This document shows, one piece after another, positions 29,057 through 39,981 of a stretch of DNA of 64,000 bases. How positions within the stretch are numbered: the stretch's first letter is position 1; every line of letters starts with the position of its first letter. The stretch is from Gammaproteobacteria bacterium (GTDB lineage: Bacteria > Pseudomonadota > Gammaproteobacteria > GCA-001735895): the NCBI GenBank assembly GCA_050298595.1, contig JBNKUM010000098.1, positions 8,751-72,750 on the forward strand, read 5' to 3'. Below the pieces are notes generated by a model. It was not told the DNA's origin and made no database searches. It worked only from the letters and a program-made list of their open reading frames with translations. The position numbers and the translations under genes are program-made.

Positions 29057-30349
29057 CTAAATGCTATAGCCAACCTCATCATGCGAGACCAGATCAAGCC
29101 CTTCAGTTTCCTGTTCTTCGCTCACTCTAAGCGTAATAAACATTCCTACTACTTTCAGGATGCCATAGGTAACTACTGCGGTCCAGGCCGCGACTGCAAG
29201 TACAGCTATGATTTGCACCATCATCTGAGCCCCAATAGTCACGCCATCCGCGAGGCCAGAACCGCCGAACTGATCAGCCACGAATACTCCGGCAAACAGG
29301 GTGCCTAAAATACCACCGACACCATGCACTGGAAATACATCCAGTGAATCATCAATACGTAAATGCTGTTTGAGGTACATGGTAGAGGTAAAACATATAA
29401 TACCTGCACTTAAGCCAATAAATAACGCAGCCATTGGTCCAACATAGCCAGAAGCAGGGGTAATGGTACCCAGACCGGCAACCATACCAGTAACTATGCC
29501 CAGTGCTGAAGGTTTGCCGAATTTTATCCATTCAATCATCATCCAGGTAAAAGCTCCAGTTGCTGCTGAGATATGGGTAACCAGCATTGCCATGCCCGCA
29601 TCACCATTAGCGGTAAGCGCACTACCTGCATTAAATCCAAACCAGCCTACCCACAACATGCCAGCGCCAGTAACTGTCATGGTCAGGTTATGAGGTGTCA
29701 TCTGGTGAGTTAAAAAGCCTTTACGATTACCCAGCACCATTGCTGATACCAGAGCACCAACGCCAGCTGTAATATGCACTACTGTACCACCGGCAAAATC
29801 GAGCAGCCCCTTTTGTGCCAGCCAACCACCGCCCCACACCCAATGACATACAGGTAAATACACCAGCAAAAACCATAACAGACTAAAAATAATCATGGCT
29901 GAAAAACGCATACGTTCGGCAAAACCACCCACGATGAGCGCTGGAGTGATGATGGCAAAGGTCATCTGGAACATCAGGAAAACTGAATCAGGGATAGATC
30001 CATTTAGTGAATTGCGTGTGACGTTAGCAAGGAAAAAATTACTACTGCCACCTATCCAGTCATTAAATGAACCTCCATCAGAGAATGCCAGGCTATAGCC
30101 AGCTATTACCCAGACGATGGTCACAATACAGGTGATCGCAAAGCATTGCATGAGTACCGATAACACATTCTTGGCACGTACCAAACCACCGTAGAACAGG
30201 GCTAGCCCGGGTAGCGTCATAAAAAGTACCAGAGCAGTTGAGGTCAGTATCCAGGCTGTATCACCAGTATCTATCGCGTCAGCCGCGAAACTTGATTGAG
30301 GTAACAATAGAAGAAAAAATATATAAACATAAAACTTCATCGGATACAT
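29057..30349 (-). CDS. amtB: Ammonium transporter
   Basis: PGLALFYGG, FQMTFAIITPAL, DFAGGTVVH, WFGFNAGS and DDSLDVFPVHG motifs. Confidence 0.98.
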   Translation of the reverse strand: MYPMKFYVYIFFLLLLPQSSFAADAIDTGDTAWILTSTALVLFMTLPGLALFYGGLVRAKNVLSVLMQCFAITCIVTIVWVIAGYSLAFSDGGSFNDWIGGSSNFFLANVTRNSLNGSIPDSVFLMFQMTFAIITPALIVGGFAERMRFSAMIIFSLLWFLLVYLPVCHWVWGGGWLAQKGLLDFAGGTVVHITAGVGALVSAMVLGNRKGFLTHQMTPHNLTMTVTGAGMLWVGWFGFNAGSALTANGDAGMAMLVTHISAATGAFTWMMIEWIKFGKPSALGIVTGMVAGLGTITPASGYVGPMAALFIGLSAGIICFTSTMYLKQHLRIDDSLDVFPVHGVGGILGTLFAGVFVADQFGGSGLADGVTIGAQMMVQIIAVLAVAAWTAVVTYGILKVVGMFITLRVSEEQETEGLDLVSHDEVGYSI

Positions 30350-30355
30350 CTCCCC

Positions 30356-30750
<395 letters not shown>

Positions 30751-30762
30751 GGTTTGAATAAG

Positions 30763-30779
30763 CGCACTATATAGGTGCA
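30763..30779. promoter_or_regulatory. NtrC-type binding site upstream of glnK
   Basis: CGCAC-TATATAG-GTGCA, matching TGCAC-N7-GTGCA with an AT-rich core. Confidence 0.65.
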
Positions 30780-30823
30780 TATTTATCTGCAACCATATTT
30801 TTATCTGATTTTCTTGCTTTTCC

Positions 30824-32149
30824 CTATTTCATGGAGAACACAGCCATGGACTCAACATGAGCAGTTTGTGGAAACATATCCATCAGGCCCAGATGCGTTA
30901 AACGGTAGCCTTTATCGCATAAAAGTCTGGCATCACGCACCAGGCTAGATGGCTGGCAGGATACATAGACAATGGTTTTAGCCTTCATCGCGGGTAACTG
31001 CTCGACAATTTCATATGCGCCAGATCGGGGCGGATCAAGCAGTATTTTATCGAATTTCAGTTTCATCCAGGCATTGGATGCATCAATTTTGGTCAAATCT
31101 GAGGCATAGTACTCGGTATTAACGAGCCCGTGTTCAAGTGCATTTTCCCTGGCTCTGGCTACCATGGCTTCATCCCCTTCGACTCCGATAACCTGTTTTG
31201 CCAGCTGAGCCATTGGGAGCGTGAAATTCCCCAACCCGCAGAATAGATCAAGCACATAATCTTCAGTCTGTAAATCCAGCAAGTCCAAAGCCTGCCTCAC
31301 CATCTGATGGTTAATGTCGGCATTTACCTGAGTGAAGTCACTGGATTTAAATCGAATGGATAGATCATTATCCAGTAAAGGTTTGAAGCGCAGGATCTGT
31401 TGCTCTGGATACAGCGGAGTGACAGAGTCAGCGCCGCCAGGTTGAAGTTGAACCCAGAAACCACTGTCTACGGCAAATTGACAGAGCTTTGCACGATCAG
31501 ACTCGGATAAGGGTTTTAAATGGCGAAACACCAGCATGCAATTTTCATCATCTGCAGCCACTTCTATCTGCGGAATGCTGTCGCGTGCTTCCAGTCCGGT
31601 AATCAATTCCATCAGTTCTGGCATATGTTGCCCAACCCGCTCTATCAGGATTGGACATTGCTGCATATCGGCAAGATAGGGTTTATTGCGTTCACGAAAC
31701 CCGATCAGCAGGCGTTCTTTTTTGATCACGTATTTCACACCCAGACGTGCCTTGCGTCGATATCCCCAGGGCTCAGTAGTCAGTGCAGGCAACCATTCAC
31801 CAACCTGTATACCCGCATGCTCAATCATTTCACGCACCGCTTGCTGCTTTAAGCGCAGCTGAGTTTCCGAGCTAACATGCTGCATGCTACAACCACCACA
31901 AACTGTAAAGTTCGGGCAATGCGGTTGAATACGATCGGGTGAAGGTGAAATAACTTCTATTACAGTGGCTTCTGAATATTTTTTGGTGGTTTTGTTAACC
32001 TGAATCTTAACCACTTCACCGGGTAATGCCGCAAATACAAATATGATTTTGCCATTGTGATGACAAATACCACGACCTTCGTGTGATAGACCTTCAATAG
32101 TAACTTCAAACGGCTCGGGTAGTTGCCGCTGGCGATTTCTTCTCGACAT
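30824..32149 (-). CDS. rlmD: 23S rRNA m5U1939 methyltransferase
   Basis: TRAM domain, C..F..CGGC iron-sulfur motif, LDLFCGLGNF, LDPPRSGA, YVSCQP and DMFPQT.HVE; start at ATG 32149. Confidence 0.96.
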   Translation of the reverse strand: MSRRNRQRQLPEPFEVTIEGLSHEGRGICHHNGKIIFVFAALPGEVVKIQVNKTTKKYSEATVIEVISPSPDRIQPHCPNFTVCGGCSMQHVSSETQLRLKQQAVREMIEHAGIQVGEWLPALTTEPWGYRRKARLGVKYVIKKERLLIGFRERNKPYLADMQQCPILIERVGQHMPELMELITGLEARDSIPQIEVAADDENCMLVFRHLKPLSESDRAKLCQFAVDSGFWVQLQPGGADSVTPLYPEQQILRFKPLLDNDLSIRFKSSDFTQVNADINHQMVRQALDLLDLQTEDYVLDLFCGLGNFTLPMAQLAKQVIGVEGDEAMVARARENALEHGLVNTEYYASDLTKIDASNAWMKLKFDKILLDPPRSGAYEIVEQLPAMKAKTIVYVSCQPSSLVRDARLLCDKGYRLTHLGLMDMFPQTAHVESMAVFSMK

Positions 32150-32165
32150 ATTTTTGTTGCCTGGG

Positions 32166-32939
32166 TTAGTAGTCGATCCAGTTTTTTTCAAACTCGATCA
32201 AATGAGGATTTTCAGATTTTATTAATTCTGCGCGAACCAATGCGCAGCGCGCATCATATTCAGTGGTTGTGAGGTGGGCTCGATTTCTTTCCCAGTTGAG
32301 GTAGAGCAAATACGTATTAAGCACCTTAATTTCTGAATGCTTACACAGTGCTGCAAAATCATACTCTATTGTTGACTCCTCGATCCCACTTTCTGACTCA
32401 TAAAGATTTCCCGGAAAGCCGCACAGAATGGCTATTTCATTCAGCCCGGCAACGGTATCCTTGCGATAAGCTGCCAGCACGTCCATTAAATCGGTATGCC
32501 GCCAGTGATAGCGTGACAGATAATTATCCTGACTGAACTGACTGTCGTTTTCTCCGCTTTCCCAGTATCTGGCCGCATTTAACGTGTATTTCATCGAGCG
32601 GTAATGAGTCACCGGTATTTCAAAACCATTACCGCCCCAGGTAACCAGGCGTGGTGTATAGCGATCTATGCCATCATAGAAACGTTGTAGCAAATCCTGT
32701 TCGCCCGAATGTTCATTGCCCAGAGACCACACCGTAAAGCGCTCATCGCTAGACAATACTGCCGAGATGGCTGCAATTTTCTGTAGATGAAGTGGGAATG
32801 ATTCCTTATTCGATAACTGCCTGCATTTATGTAGCACAGCACGTGCTACATCATCATCCGACAGGCCATGCAGATCATACAATCTCCTTGCACCATCAAT
32901 ATCGGGGACTGTCTGTATCGCAAATACAAGTACATTCAT
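32166..32939 (-). CDS. PolB-related 3'-5' exonuclease family protein with substituted catalytic residues
   Basis: Fold motifs and cysM-rlmD context match the family, but ExoI reads FAIQTVPD, ExoII GFEIPV and ExoIII HSEIKVLNTY. Confidence 0.8.
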   Translation of the reverse strand: MNVLVFAIQTVPDIDGARRLYDLHGLSDDDVARAVLHKCRQLSNKESFPLHLQKIAAISAVLSSDERFTVWSLGNEHSGEQDLLQRFYDGIDRYTPRLVTWGGNGFEIPVTHYRSMKYTLNAARYWESGENDSQFSQDNYLSRYHWRHTDLMDVLAAYRKDTVAGLNEIAILCGFPGNLYESESGIEESTIEYDFAALCKHSEIKVLNTYLLYLNWERNRAHLTTTEYDARCALVRAELIKSENPHLIEFEKNWIDY

Positions 32940-32957
32940 ATCGATATACAGGAATAC

Positions 32958-33833
32958 TTACGCGGGGAATACATCGGTGGACAGATAGCGGTCACCTCTA
33001 TCACACACGATACTGACGATAGTAGCGTTTTCCAGGGTTTGCGCTAAGCGTAATGCCACTGCGGCCGCACCACCTGATGATATACCACAAAAAATCCCTT
33101 CTTTAGCGGCCAGATCACGCGTGGTCTGTTCCGCCTCCTGCTGGGTGACACCGAGTATTTGATCAATATTAGTCGAATCGTAAATCTCAGGCAGATACTC
33201 TTCTGGCCAGCGCCTGATACCTGGAATTGTAGCCCCATCTGCCGGTTGAACACCGACTACCTGTATAGCAGGATTCACTTCCTTAAAATATCTGGCGCAA
33301 CCCACGATAGTACCCGTAGTCCCCATAGAGCTAACAAAATGGGTGATACCCTGAGCAGTCTGCTGCCAGATTTCAGGGGCTGTGTTTTCATAGTGGGCAA
33401 GTGGATTATCGGGGTTGGCAAACTGATCCAGCACCTTACCCTTACCTTTTGCCTGCATCTCTAAAGCCATATCACGTGCCACCATCATATCTTCAGCGAG
33501 GATAAGTTCAGCACCGTAGGCTTTCATCACAGCACGACGTTCCTGACTCATATTGGAAGGCATGATAATAATCATATGGTACCCCTTAATGGCTGCAGCC
33601 ATAGCCAGTGCTATACCAGTATTTCCGCTGGTGGCCTCGATTAAGGTATCTCCCGGTTTAATATCGCCGCGTAGTTCAGCATGAAGGATCATACTCAGAG
33701 CCGGACGATCCTTAACTGACCCAGCAGGATTGTTGCCTTCCAGCTTAAGCATGATTTTATTGTTTGAGCCCTCAACGCCTAAACGCTGCAATGTAACCAG
33801 GGGGGTATTTCCGATATAATCTTCAAGTTTCAT
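32958..33833 (-). CDS. cysM: Cysteine synthase B
   Basis: IGNTPLV, KLEGNNPAGSVKDR (PLP lysine), IPGIRRWP and CDRGDRYLST motifs. Confidence 0.96.
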   Translation of the reverse strand: MKLEDYIGNTPLVTLQRLGVEGSNNKIMLKLEGNNPAGSVKDRPALSMILHAELRGDIKPGDTLIEATSGNTGIALAMAAAIKGYHMIIIMPSNMSQERRAVMKAYGAELILAEDMMVARDMALEMQAKGKGKVLDQFANPDNPLAHYENTAPEIWQQTAQGITHFVSSMGTTGTIVGCARYFKEVNPAIQVVGVQPADGATIPGIRRWPEEYLPEIYDSTNIDQILGVTQQEAEQTTRDLAAKEGIFCGISSGGAAAVALRLAQTLENATIVSIVCDRGDRYLSTDVFPA

Positions 33834-33923
33834 GGGTTTTAATTATAAAAAAAATTGACCTATAGTTTACTCGATTCAACGAGCTTAAACTATGGTAATA
33901 CAGTACTGATAAAGGGGTTTAAG

Positions 33924-35954
33924 TTGAAAATAAATGTATTTCTCAGTTTGACGTTATTAAACGTTTTACCTGTTTTTGCTGACATTTCACAGACTATTGA
34001 CTATGAGGCAGGAAACGACTTCTTTGGCGAATCTTCTGTAGTACTTACTGTATCACGTATGCATAAACCACTTGATGAGTCGCCTGCTTCGGTGAGCATT
34101 ATCGACCGCCAGATGATTCACGATTCTGGCGCACGTCAGATAGCCGATATCTTTCGTATGGTTCCCGGGTTTATCGTTGGCTACTATTCAGGGAATGAAC
34201 CCGTAGTAACCTATCAAGGCTTAGGTAATAGATATCAGCGACAGTTGCAGGTATTGATCGATGGCCGATCGGCATTTATTCCTTCATATGGTGGTGTGCC
34301 GTGGACAAACCTGCCTCTACTTTTAGAAGATATTGAACGTGTTGAAATAACTCGCGGACCCAATGCCGTAACTTATGGTGCTAACGCATTTCTGGCCACA
34401 ATCAATATCATTACCCGTCACGCTGCTGAGGATGCAGGCAGCGAAGTCATACTCACTCAAGGTTTGGGTAAAAACGAATCGACCAGTGATTTCTATGCCC
34501 GTTACGGAAACAACTATGGTGATCTAGACTGGCGTATTTCGGCCGGTCGAGAAATGGCTGATGGTTATGAAACGGTTAATGATTCCAGCGAAGTGGAGAA
34601 AATCAATATACGAGCTGATCTTTTAACCCAATATAATCAATTTTGGACTATTCAGGCTGGCCTGAACCAAACAAAAGCTGGCCGTGGTGATGGAAGCTTT
34701 TCAAACATCTTTCGTGACGAGGATGTTAGCAATAGCTACCAGAACATAAAATGGGAAATGGTAGAAGATAATACTAACACCACAGCATTACTCACACACA
34801 CTAGGCAGGAAGTGCAAGACATATTCAAATCAGGTGCATTAAATGAATTAGCAGCAGTTCTTGAAAATCACCCAATAAACTCATTGGCCATTCTGAGTCT
34901 ACCTCCTTTTTATACTGATATAGATTTTGGTCGAAAATCGGATAGGCTGGATTTTGAGATATATCAAAGCTTGAATCTGGACTCGAAAACCAAGCTGTTA
35001 TATGGGGGGAGCCTGCGTAAGGACGAGGTTATTTCTAATTATCTATTTAATGATGAATTGGCACATACTGTTGATACCAAACGCTTATTCAGTAGTGTCG
35101 AATGGAAACCACAAAATGATCTCATTTTAGATTTTGGTTTTATGCTGGAGGATACAAATTATACCGACAACGAGATTTCGCAAAGAATATCTTTACTAAA
35201 AAAGTTTGGTCAACACCGACTGAGATTAGTATCATCAACAGCTAAAAGGAACCCCATTTTGTGGGAACTAATAGGCGAAACCCAATACATCGTACCAGTA
35301 CCAGAACCATTCAATAAAGGCCTCCCATATTTAAGGTGGCGCGGAAATGTCAATCTCAACCCGGAAAGTATTAATTCAACTGAAATTGGATTATTCACAG
35401 AATATTTAAATAGACAGCTGACGACCGATTTTAAGCTGTTTCATTATAAAATTAGAGATCAAATAGATGATAAGGCGCTAACACTTGCAGTTGATCCTTC
35501 AAATAACATTAACATAGAACAGACTTATGGTACCTCGATAAATGATGGGGACACCATTGTAAACGGGCTGGATCTATCTTTTAACTTTAGTCCTGAATAT
35601 AAACAATATCGGCTATTTGGAGGGATGAGTATTGTAAAAGTAAAAGAGAGCATTGACGATTTTGCAGAATCATATCCAGACCATACAGCATACCTTGGAG
35701 GTCATTATAACTTAAGTCCGTATCACCAATTATCTGGCGTTTTTTATATCGTGGATGGTATGACCTGGACAGGCATAAAAGGAAGCCTGGATGAATATAA
35801 AAAACTTGATTTACGATATCAATTTATTATTGACCCCGTCCATGACCTTAAACTTGAGCTAATAGGACAGAATTTACTCGAAGACTATAGTGACTTCGAG
35901 CCAGATAAATCCTGGGGTGATTCATACTTCTTAAGGATTTCTGGTAGGTTTTAG
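33924..35954 (+). CDS. TonB-dependent outer-membrane receptor
   Basis: Plug motifs SPASVSIIDR...RMVPG, LIDGRS and IERVEITRGPNA..YGANA; C-terminal Phe; likely TTG start at 33924 after AAGGGG. Confidence 0.9.
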   Translation: MKINVFLSLTLLNVLPVFADISQTIDYEAGNDFFGESSVVLTVSRMHKPLDESPASVSIIDRQMIHDSGARQIADIFRMVPGFIVGYYSGNEPVVTYQGLGNRYQRQLQVLIDGRSAFIPSYGGVPWTNLPLLLEDIERVEITRGPNAVTYGANAFLATINIITRHAAEDAGSEVILTQGLGKNESTSDFYARYGNNYGDLDWRISAGREMADGYETVNDSSEVEKINIRADLLTQYNQFWTIQAGLNQTKAGRGDGSFSNIFRDEDVSNSYQNIKWEMVEDNTNTTALLTHTRQEVQDIFKSGALNELAAVLENHPINSLAILSLPPFYTDIDFGRKSDRLDFEIYQSLNLDSKTKLLYGGSLRKDEVISNYLFNDELAHTVDTKRLFSSVEWKPQNDLILDFGFMLEDTNYTDNEISQRISLLKKFGQHRLRLVSSTAKRNPILWELIGETQYIVPVPEPFNKGLPYLRWRGNVNLNPESINSTEIGLFTEYLNRQLTTDFKLFHYKIRDQIDDKALTLAVDPSNNINIEQTYGTSINDGDTIVNGLDLSFNFSPEYKQYRLFGGMSIVKVKESIDDFAESYPDHTAYLGGHYNLSPYHQLSGVFYIVDGMTWTGIKGSLDEYKKLDLRYQFIIDPVHDLKLELIGQNLLEDYSDFEPDKSWGDSYFLRISGRF

Positions 35955-35960
35955 CGCATT

Positions 35961-36899
35961 ATGCATGGAATAACCTCATATTCAAGGAAGGCATATCACC
36001 GACTGATTTTCTTCTGGCTATGGCTATGGTTATTGCCACTAACAGTAACAGGCAGTGAAAATACAGTTCTTATTATAAAGAGTAACGAAAACAGTTTTTT
36101 CAATCAAAGCATTGAAAAACTAATCAACATGACTGAAGCAAATGTTAAATTTAATACCGTCAATGCGAAAATATACGAAAGAAACCCTCAGAATTATCAA
36201 CCAGATATTATCATCACTCTGGGATTCAAGGCCGTTCAATTAACCCTCCAGATAGAGGATGACATACCGATTATTCACAGTTATATCACTGAGTTTCAGC
36301 TGAAAAATCACGATATGACCAAACAACACTACAGCATTCTATTAGAACAACCCATTGAACGGTATTTACATTTTATTAAGAGATTACTAGCCATTAAAAA
36401 AGTAGGCCTGATCAAAACCAGAGATAACAGCTATGGTCGTAAAAAATTAGAACAACTGGAAAAATCCAATGCTGTGCAGATTAATCAATATATATTTAAT
36501 CCGGATGAAAACCCAAATCCGGTAACGACTGTGCGCAATATATTACAAAAAAATGATGTATTGCTAAGCCTCCCAGAACCCACGGTTTATAACCATCAAA
36601 CACTGAAAGGGATTCTACTGGCTTCCTACAGACTTAACAAACCGGTGATCAGCTATTCACCCGCGCATGTCAATTCTGGAGCTCTTGCAGCTATTTATAC
36701 TTCACCCTCTCAAATTGGTACGCAGATAGCGAGTATGCTGAATAAATTACTGGAAAGTAAATTAACCCCTAAAGATTACAAAAATTACGCCAACGATTTT
36801 GAGATAAAGATAAATCGGCAGGTAGCACATTCATTAAAAATTGAATTACCTTCCGATGATGACATTATCAGTCAAATGCGATCAGGAGAATCAAAGTGA
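35961..36899 (+). CDS. Periplasmic ABC-type substrate-binding-like protein with no permease adjacent
   Basis: Signal or TM segment, PD.IITLG..A, GALAA.YTSP.QIG and INRQVA.SL.I motifs; overlaps the kinase start (GTGA). Confidence 0.75.
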   Translation: MHGITSYSRKAYHRLIFFWLWLWLLPLTVTGSENTVLIIKSNENSFFNQSIEKLINMTEANVKFNTVNAKIYERNPQNYQPDIIITLGFKAVQLTLQIEDDIPIIHSYITEFQLKNHDMTKQHYSILLEQPIERYLHFIKRLLAIKKVGLIKTRDNSYGRKKLEQLEKSNAVQINQYIFNPDENPNPVTTVRNILQKNDVLLSLPEPTVYNHQTLKGILLASYRLNKPVISYSPAHVNSGALAAIYTSPSQIGTQIASMLNKLLESKLTPKDYKNYANDFEIKINRQVAHSLKIELPSDDDIISQMRSGESK

Positions 36900-39604
36900 G
36901 GCATCACAGCATCAAGTTACAGATTCTAATGGTTATGATGATCCCTGTATTTATGACTGCAGCTATACTGTCTTACATCCATGTTAACAACAGCATCACT
37001 CAGGCTGAAAAAATTCTGCAGAGCAAAGGAGAAATTATCGCTAAACAGATAGCAGGTGCCACAGAATTTGATCTCTTCTCTGGTAATTTTGATCATATTC
37101 AACATCTGTTAAATAGATCAATTAATACTAACGATATCGTCTTTGCATCTGTATATGATAGCAAGGGCAATCAGATAGCAAAAGTCAGCGGGACTGAATA
37201 TTCTGCCGCTAACAGTTCACATTATTTATATTATCGTTATCCAATTCAAACTCAGAATCTGGAAGTTACAGATGTATTCAGCACGCAAATAGATAATTCA
37301 CAAGATGGCTTCCGTAACCTGGGTTGGGTGCATTTATATATCTCACGTCAGCGCCTGGATAAAAGTAAGATTTCAATTTACCATGAAGCACTGATTGTTT
37401 TCTGCGCCACCATGTTACTAGCCATTGTCCTTACTTTTTTTATCAGCCGTCGAATTACACAACCAGTATTTACACTGATAGATTATTTAAAAAAAATTGA
37501 AACCGGACATCTGGGCGAAGTAATAAAACCGGTTGAAAAAAATGAAATTGGCGACGTGCAAAAAGGCTTTAATAGCATGTCGCAATCCTTGCTTGCTAAC
37601 CGCATGCAACTGGATCAAAAAATAAAAACAGCCACTCTCGATTTAATGAATGCGATTACTGACCTGGAATATAAAAACAGGGAAATTTCACTGGCCAGAG
37701 ACGAAGCTCAAAATGCTAATAAGATTAAATCACAATTTCTGGCGAATATCAGCCATGAAATTCGAACACCAATCAATGGTATCAAAGGTTTTGCCAACTT
37801 ACTGACACAGACAGGATTAACTTCACAACAACGTCGCTATGCCGAGATTATTAATCAATCCACTTCTGATCTAAGCAGTATCGTGAATGAAGTTCTGGAT
37901 TTCTCCAAGATAGAGTCCGAAAAAGTCGACATTATCCAGGGGCACTTTGATTTATATGAACTGGTCGAATCAACCCGCGATAGCCTGTTTACAGCAGCTA
38001 TGGATAAAAATATCGACCTCTATCTCACTATCTACAGTGATACCCCACAATACCTGACAGGGGATAAATTGCGTTTAAAACAGATATTGATCAACCTTAT
38101 TGGAAATGCGATTAAATTCACTGATACCGGTTACGTAGAAATCGTGGTCCATCTGGAAGAACAAACTGATCAACAGGTCATTATTAAATTCAAAATCAGA
38201 GATTCAGGAATTGGTATCTCCAAGGACGAGCAAAAACAATTATTCCAGGCTTTCAAGCAGATTGAGTCTGACAGTAATCGTCGATTTTCGGGGACAGGGC
38301 TAGGACTGGTTATATCAAAAAATCTTGCCCGACTGATGGGAGGAGAAATTATTTTAGATAGCGTCACTAACTTTGGCTCCTTATTCACCCTTACCTTACC
38401 TTTCACTCCCAGTGAAGATGCCGAGTCTGAATTGCAGCCATCTGATGATATACAGACCTGTCTGTTGATAGCATTTGGTCAAAAACCCCTGAATGAAATT
38501 CAGTCACTTTATAACCGGGCCGGATTCAACACCGAATTTATACTGATAGAGCCTGAGATGGATATACATAGAATCCAGTCACAGATATCACAGAACCTCG
38601 TTTATATTGATTGTATTGTTCTTGACTTGAGACACGCAACCTTAGAACCAGATGACCTTTTTGACAAAACTATGCAGAATGAAAAACGCATTATTGTCAT
38701 GCATTACGATTTATCTTTGACTCAATTAGCAAAACAAAGCCGCTATGAATTCATCTCGGTGATTAACACCTCTAAGAATTTACACAGACTGCTATCTCAT
38801 GGTGAGCCGGTCATTGATGAATATATTAAACCCTCTCGTAAACCGGAAGCTATCCCCCACAGTGTACTTATCGTGGATGACAATCCTATCAATTTAGCTT
38901 TAGCTGTTGAACTTGCACAGATGTGGGGACACCACCCCTTTGAAGCAAGTAATGCTCAACAGGCCATGCAATTATTTCGCATCAAAAATTTTGACTTAAT
39001 TCTATTGGATATTCAGATGCCAGAAATAGACGGTGTAAAATTAATGCAGATGATGCGAGAAGAAAAGCCAGATCTAAAAACCCCGATTGCAGCTATTACG
39101 GCAAATATTCTAGACAGTGAAAAAAAGCGCTTACTGGGACTGGGTTTTGACGCCTACTTCAGGAAACCAATCGAAGAAAATAAACTTCGGGCTTTACTCG
39201 ATAAAGCTGAAGTGAGCGATGAAATGACTCTAGAAGAAATACCTGCTGAAAATTTTGAATTATCAGTAGATCAGGCTTTATCCTTTAAACTGTCTTCCAG
39301 TAACAAGGTATTAATGAACCAGGTATTCAGCATGCTGCTTAAGGAGATCCCCTCTTACCAGCAAAGTATCCAGCAAGCGACTGAGCAAAAATACCTGGCT
39401 GATTTTGAACGAATTATGCATAAACTACATGGTGTTACCTGCTACGCAGGGTTACCAAAACTAAAACAATTGTTAGATGAGTACGAGACGGTTAAAAAGA
39501 ATGCCGCTCATAAAATTCCATCTATCGCACAAAGTATCAGTGAAGAGCTGGCAGAGATCGATAAAATTCTCAAAACTCAGAATATTGATGGAACGGTAGT
39601 TTAA
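36896..39604 (+). CDS. barA: Hybrid sensor histidine kinase of BarA/GacS type
   Basis: Two TM helices, HAMP, ANISHEIRTP H-box, NLIGNAIKFT and GTGLGL, receiver LILLDIQMP, HPt HKLHG; divergent from cysM-rlmD as barA/gacS usually is. Confidence 0.8.
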   Translation: MRHHSIKLQILMVMMIPVFMTAAILSYIHVNNSITQAEKILQSKGEIIAKQIAGATEFDLFSGNFDHIQHLLNRSINTNDIVFASVYDSKGNQIAKVSGTEYSAANSSHYLYYRYPIQTQNLEVTDVFSTQIDNSQDGFRNLGWVHLYISRQRLDKSKISIYHEALIVFCATMLLAIVLTFFISRRITQPVFTLIDYLKKIETGHLGEVIKPVEKNEIGDVQKGFNSMSQSLLANRMQLDQKIKTATLDLMNAITDLEYKNREISLARDEAQNANKIKSQFLANISHEIRTPINGIKGFANLLTQTGLTSQQRRYAEIINQSTSDLSSIVNEVLDFSKIESEKVDIIQGHFDLYELVESTRDSLFTAAMDKNIDLYLTIYSDTPQYLTGDKLRLKQILINLIGNAIKFTDTGYVEIVVHLEEQTDQQVIIKFKIRDSGIGISKDEQKQLFQAFKQIESDSNRRFSGTGLGLVISKNLARLMGGEIILDSVTNFGSLFTLTLPFTPSEDAESELQPSDDIQTCLLIAFGQKPLNEIQSLYNRAGFNTEFILIEPEMDIHRIQSQISQNLVYIDCIVLDLRHATLEPDDLFDKTMQNEKRIIVMHYDLSLTQLAKQSRYEFISVINTSKNLHRLLSHGEPVIDEYIKPSRKPEAIPHSVLIVDDNPINLALAVELAQMWGHHPFEASNAQQAMQLFRIKNFDLILLDIQMPEIDGVKLMQMMREEKPDLKTPIAAITANILDSEKKRLLGLGFDAYFRKPIEENKLRALLDKAEVSDEMTLEEIPAENFELSVDQALSFKLSSSNKVLMNQVFSMLLKEIPSYQQSIQQATEQKYLADFERIMHKLHGVTCYAGLPKLKQLLDEYETVKKNAAHKIPSIAQSISEELAEIDKILKTQNIDGTVV

Positions 39605-39981
39605 TCACGCTCCATTACAACCGTGGCCACTACATAGTGCTTTTCATCTGACAAACTTAACAGGCTTCGAGTCACTTTTTGCTGCTGACTTATAAATAGT
39701 GCAATATCATGTAAGAGGAGTTCTGGCTTACCTCGGTCATCATTCACAATTTCTATAGAGTGAAAACTCATTCCACCAGAAATACCCGTACCTAAGGCTT
39801 TACTAGCCGCCTCTTTCGCAGCAAACCTGCTGGCTAAAAATGTAGCAGAGCCATTTCGCTGTTGAAACCTGGCAAACTCCTGTTCAGTCAGCAGGCGATG
39901 TGCAAATTTCTCACCAAAGCGTTCCAGAAGCTTTTGTATGCGTGATATTTCAACTATATCTACACCAAGACCGGTTATCAC
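39601..39981 (-). CDS. acpS: Holo-ACP synthase
   Basis: [24 protein letters not shown] and SLSDE motifs. Confidence 0.96.
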   Translation of the reverse strand: MITGLGVDIVEISRIQKLLERFGEKFAHRLLTEQEFARFQQRNGSATFLASRFAAKEAASKALGTGISGGMSFHSIEIVNDDRGKPELLLHDIALFISQQQKVTRSLLSLSDEKHYVVATVVMERD

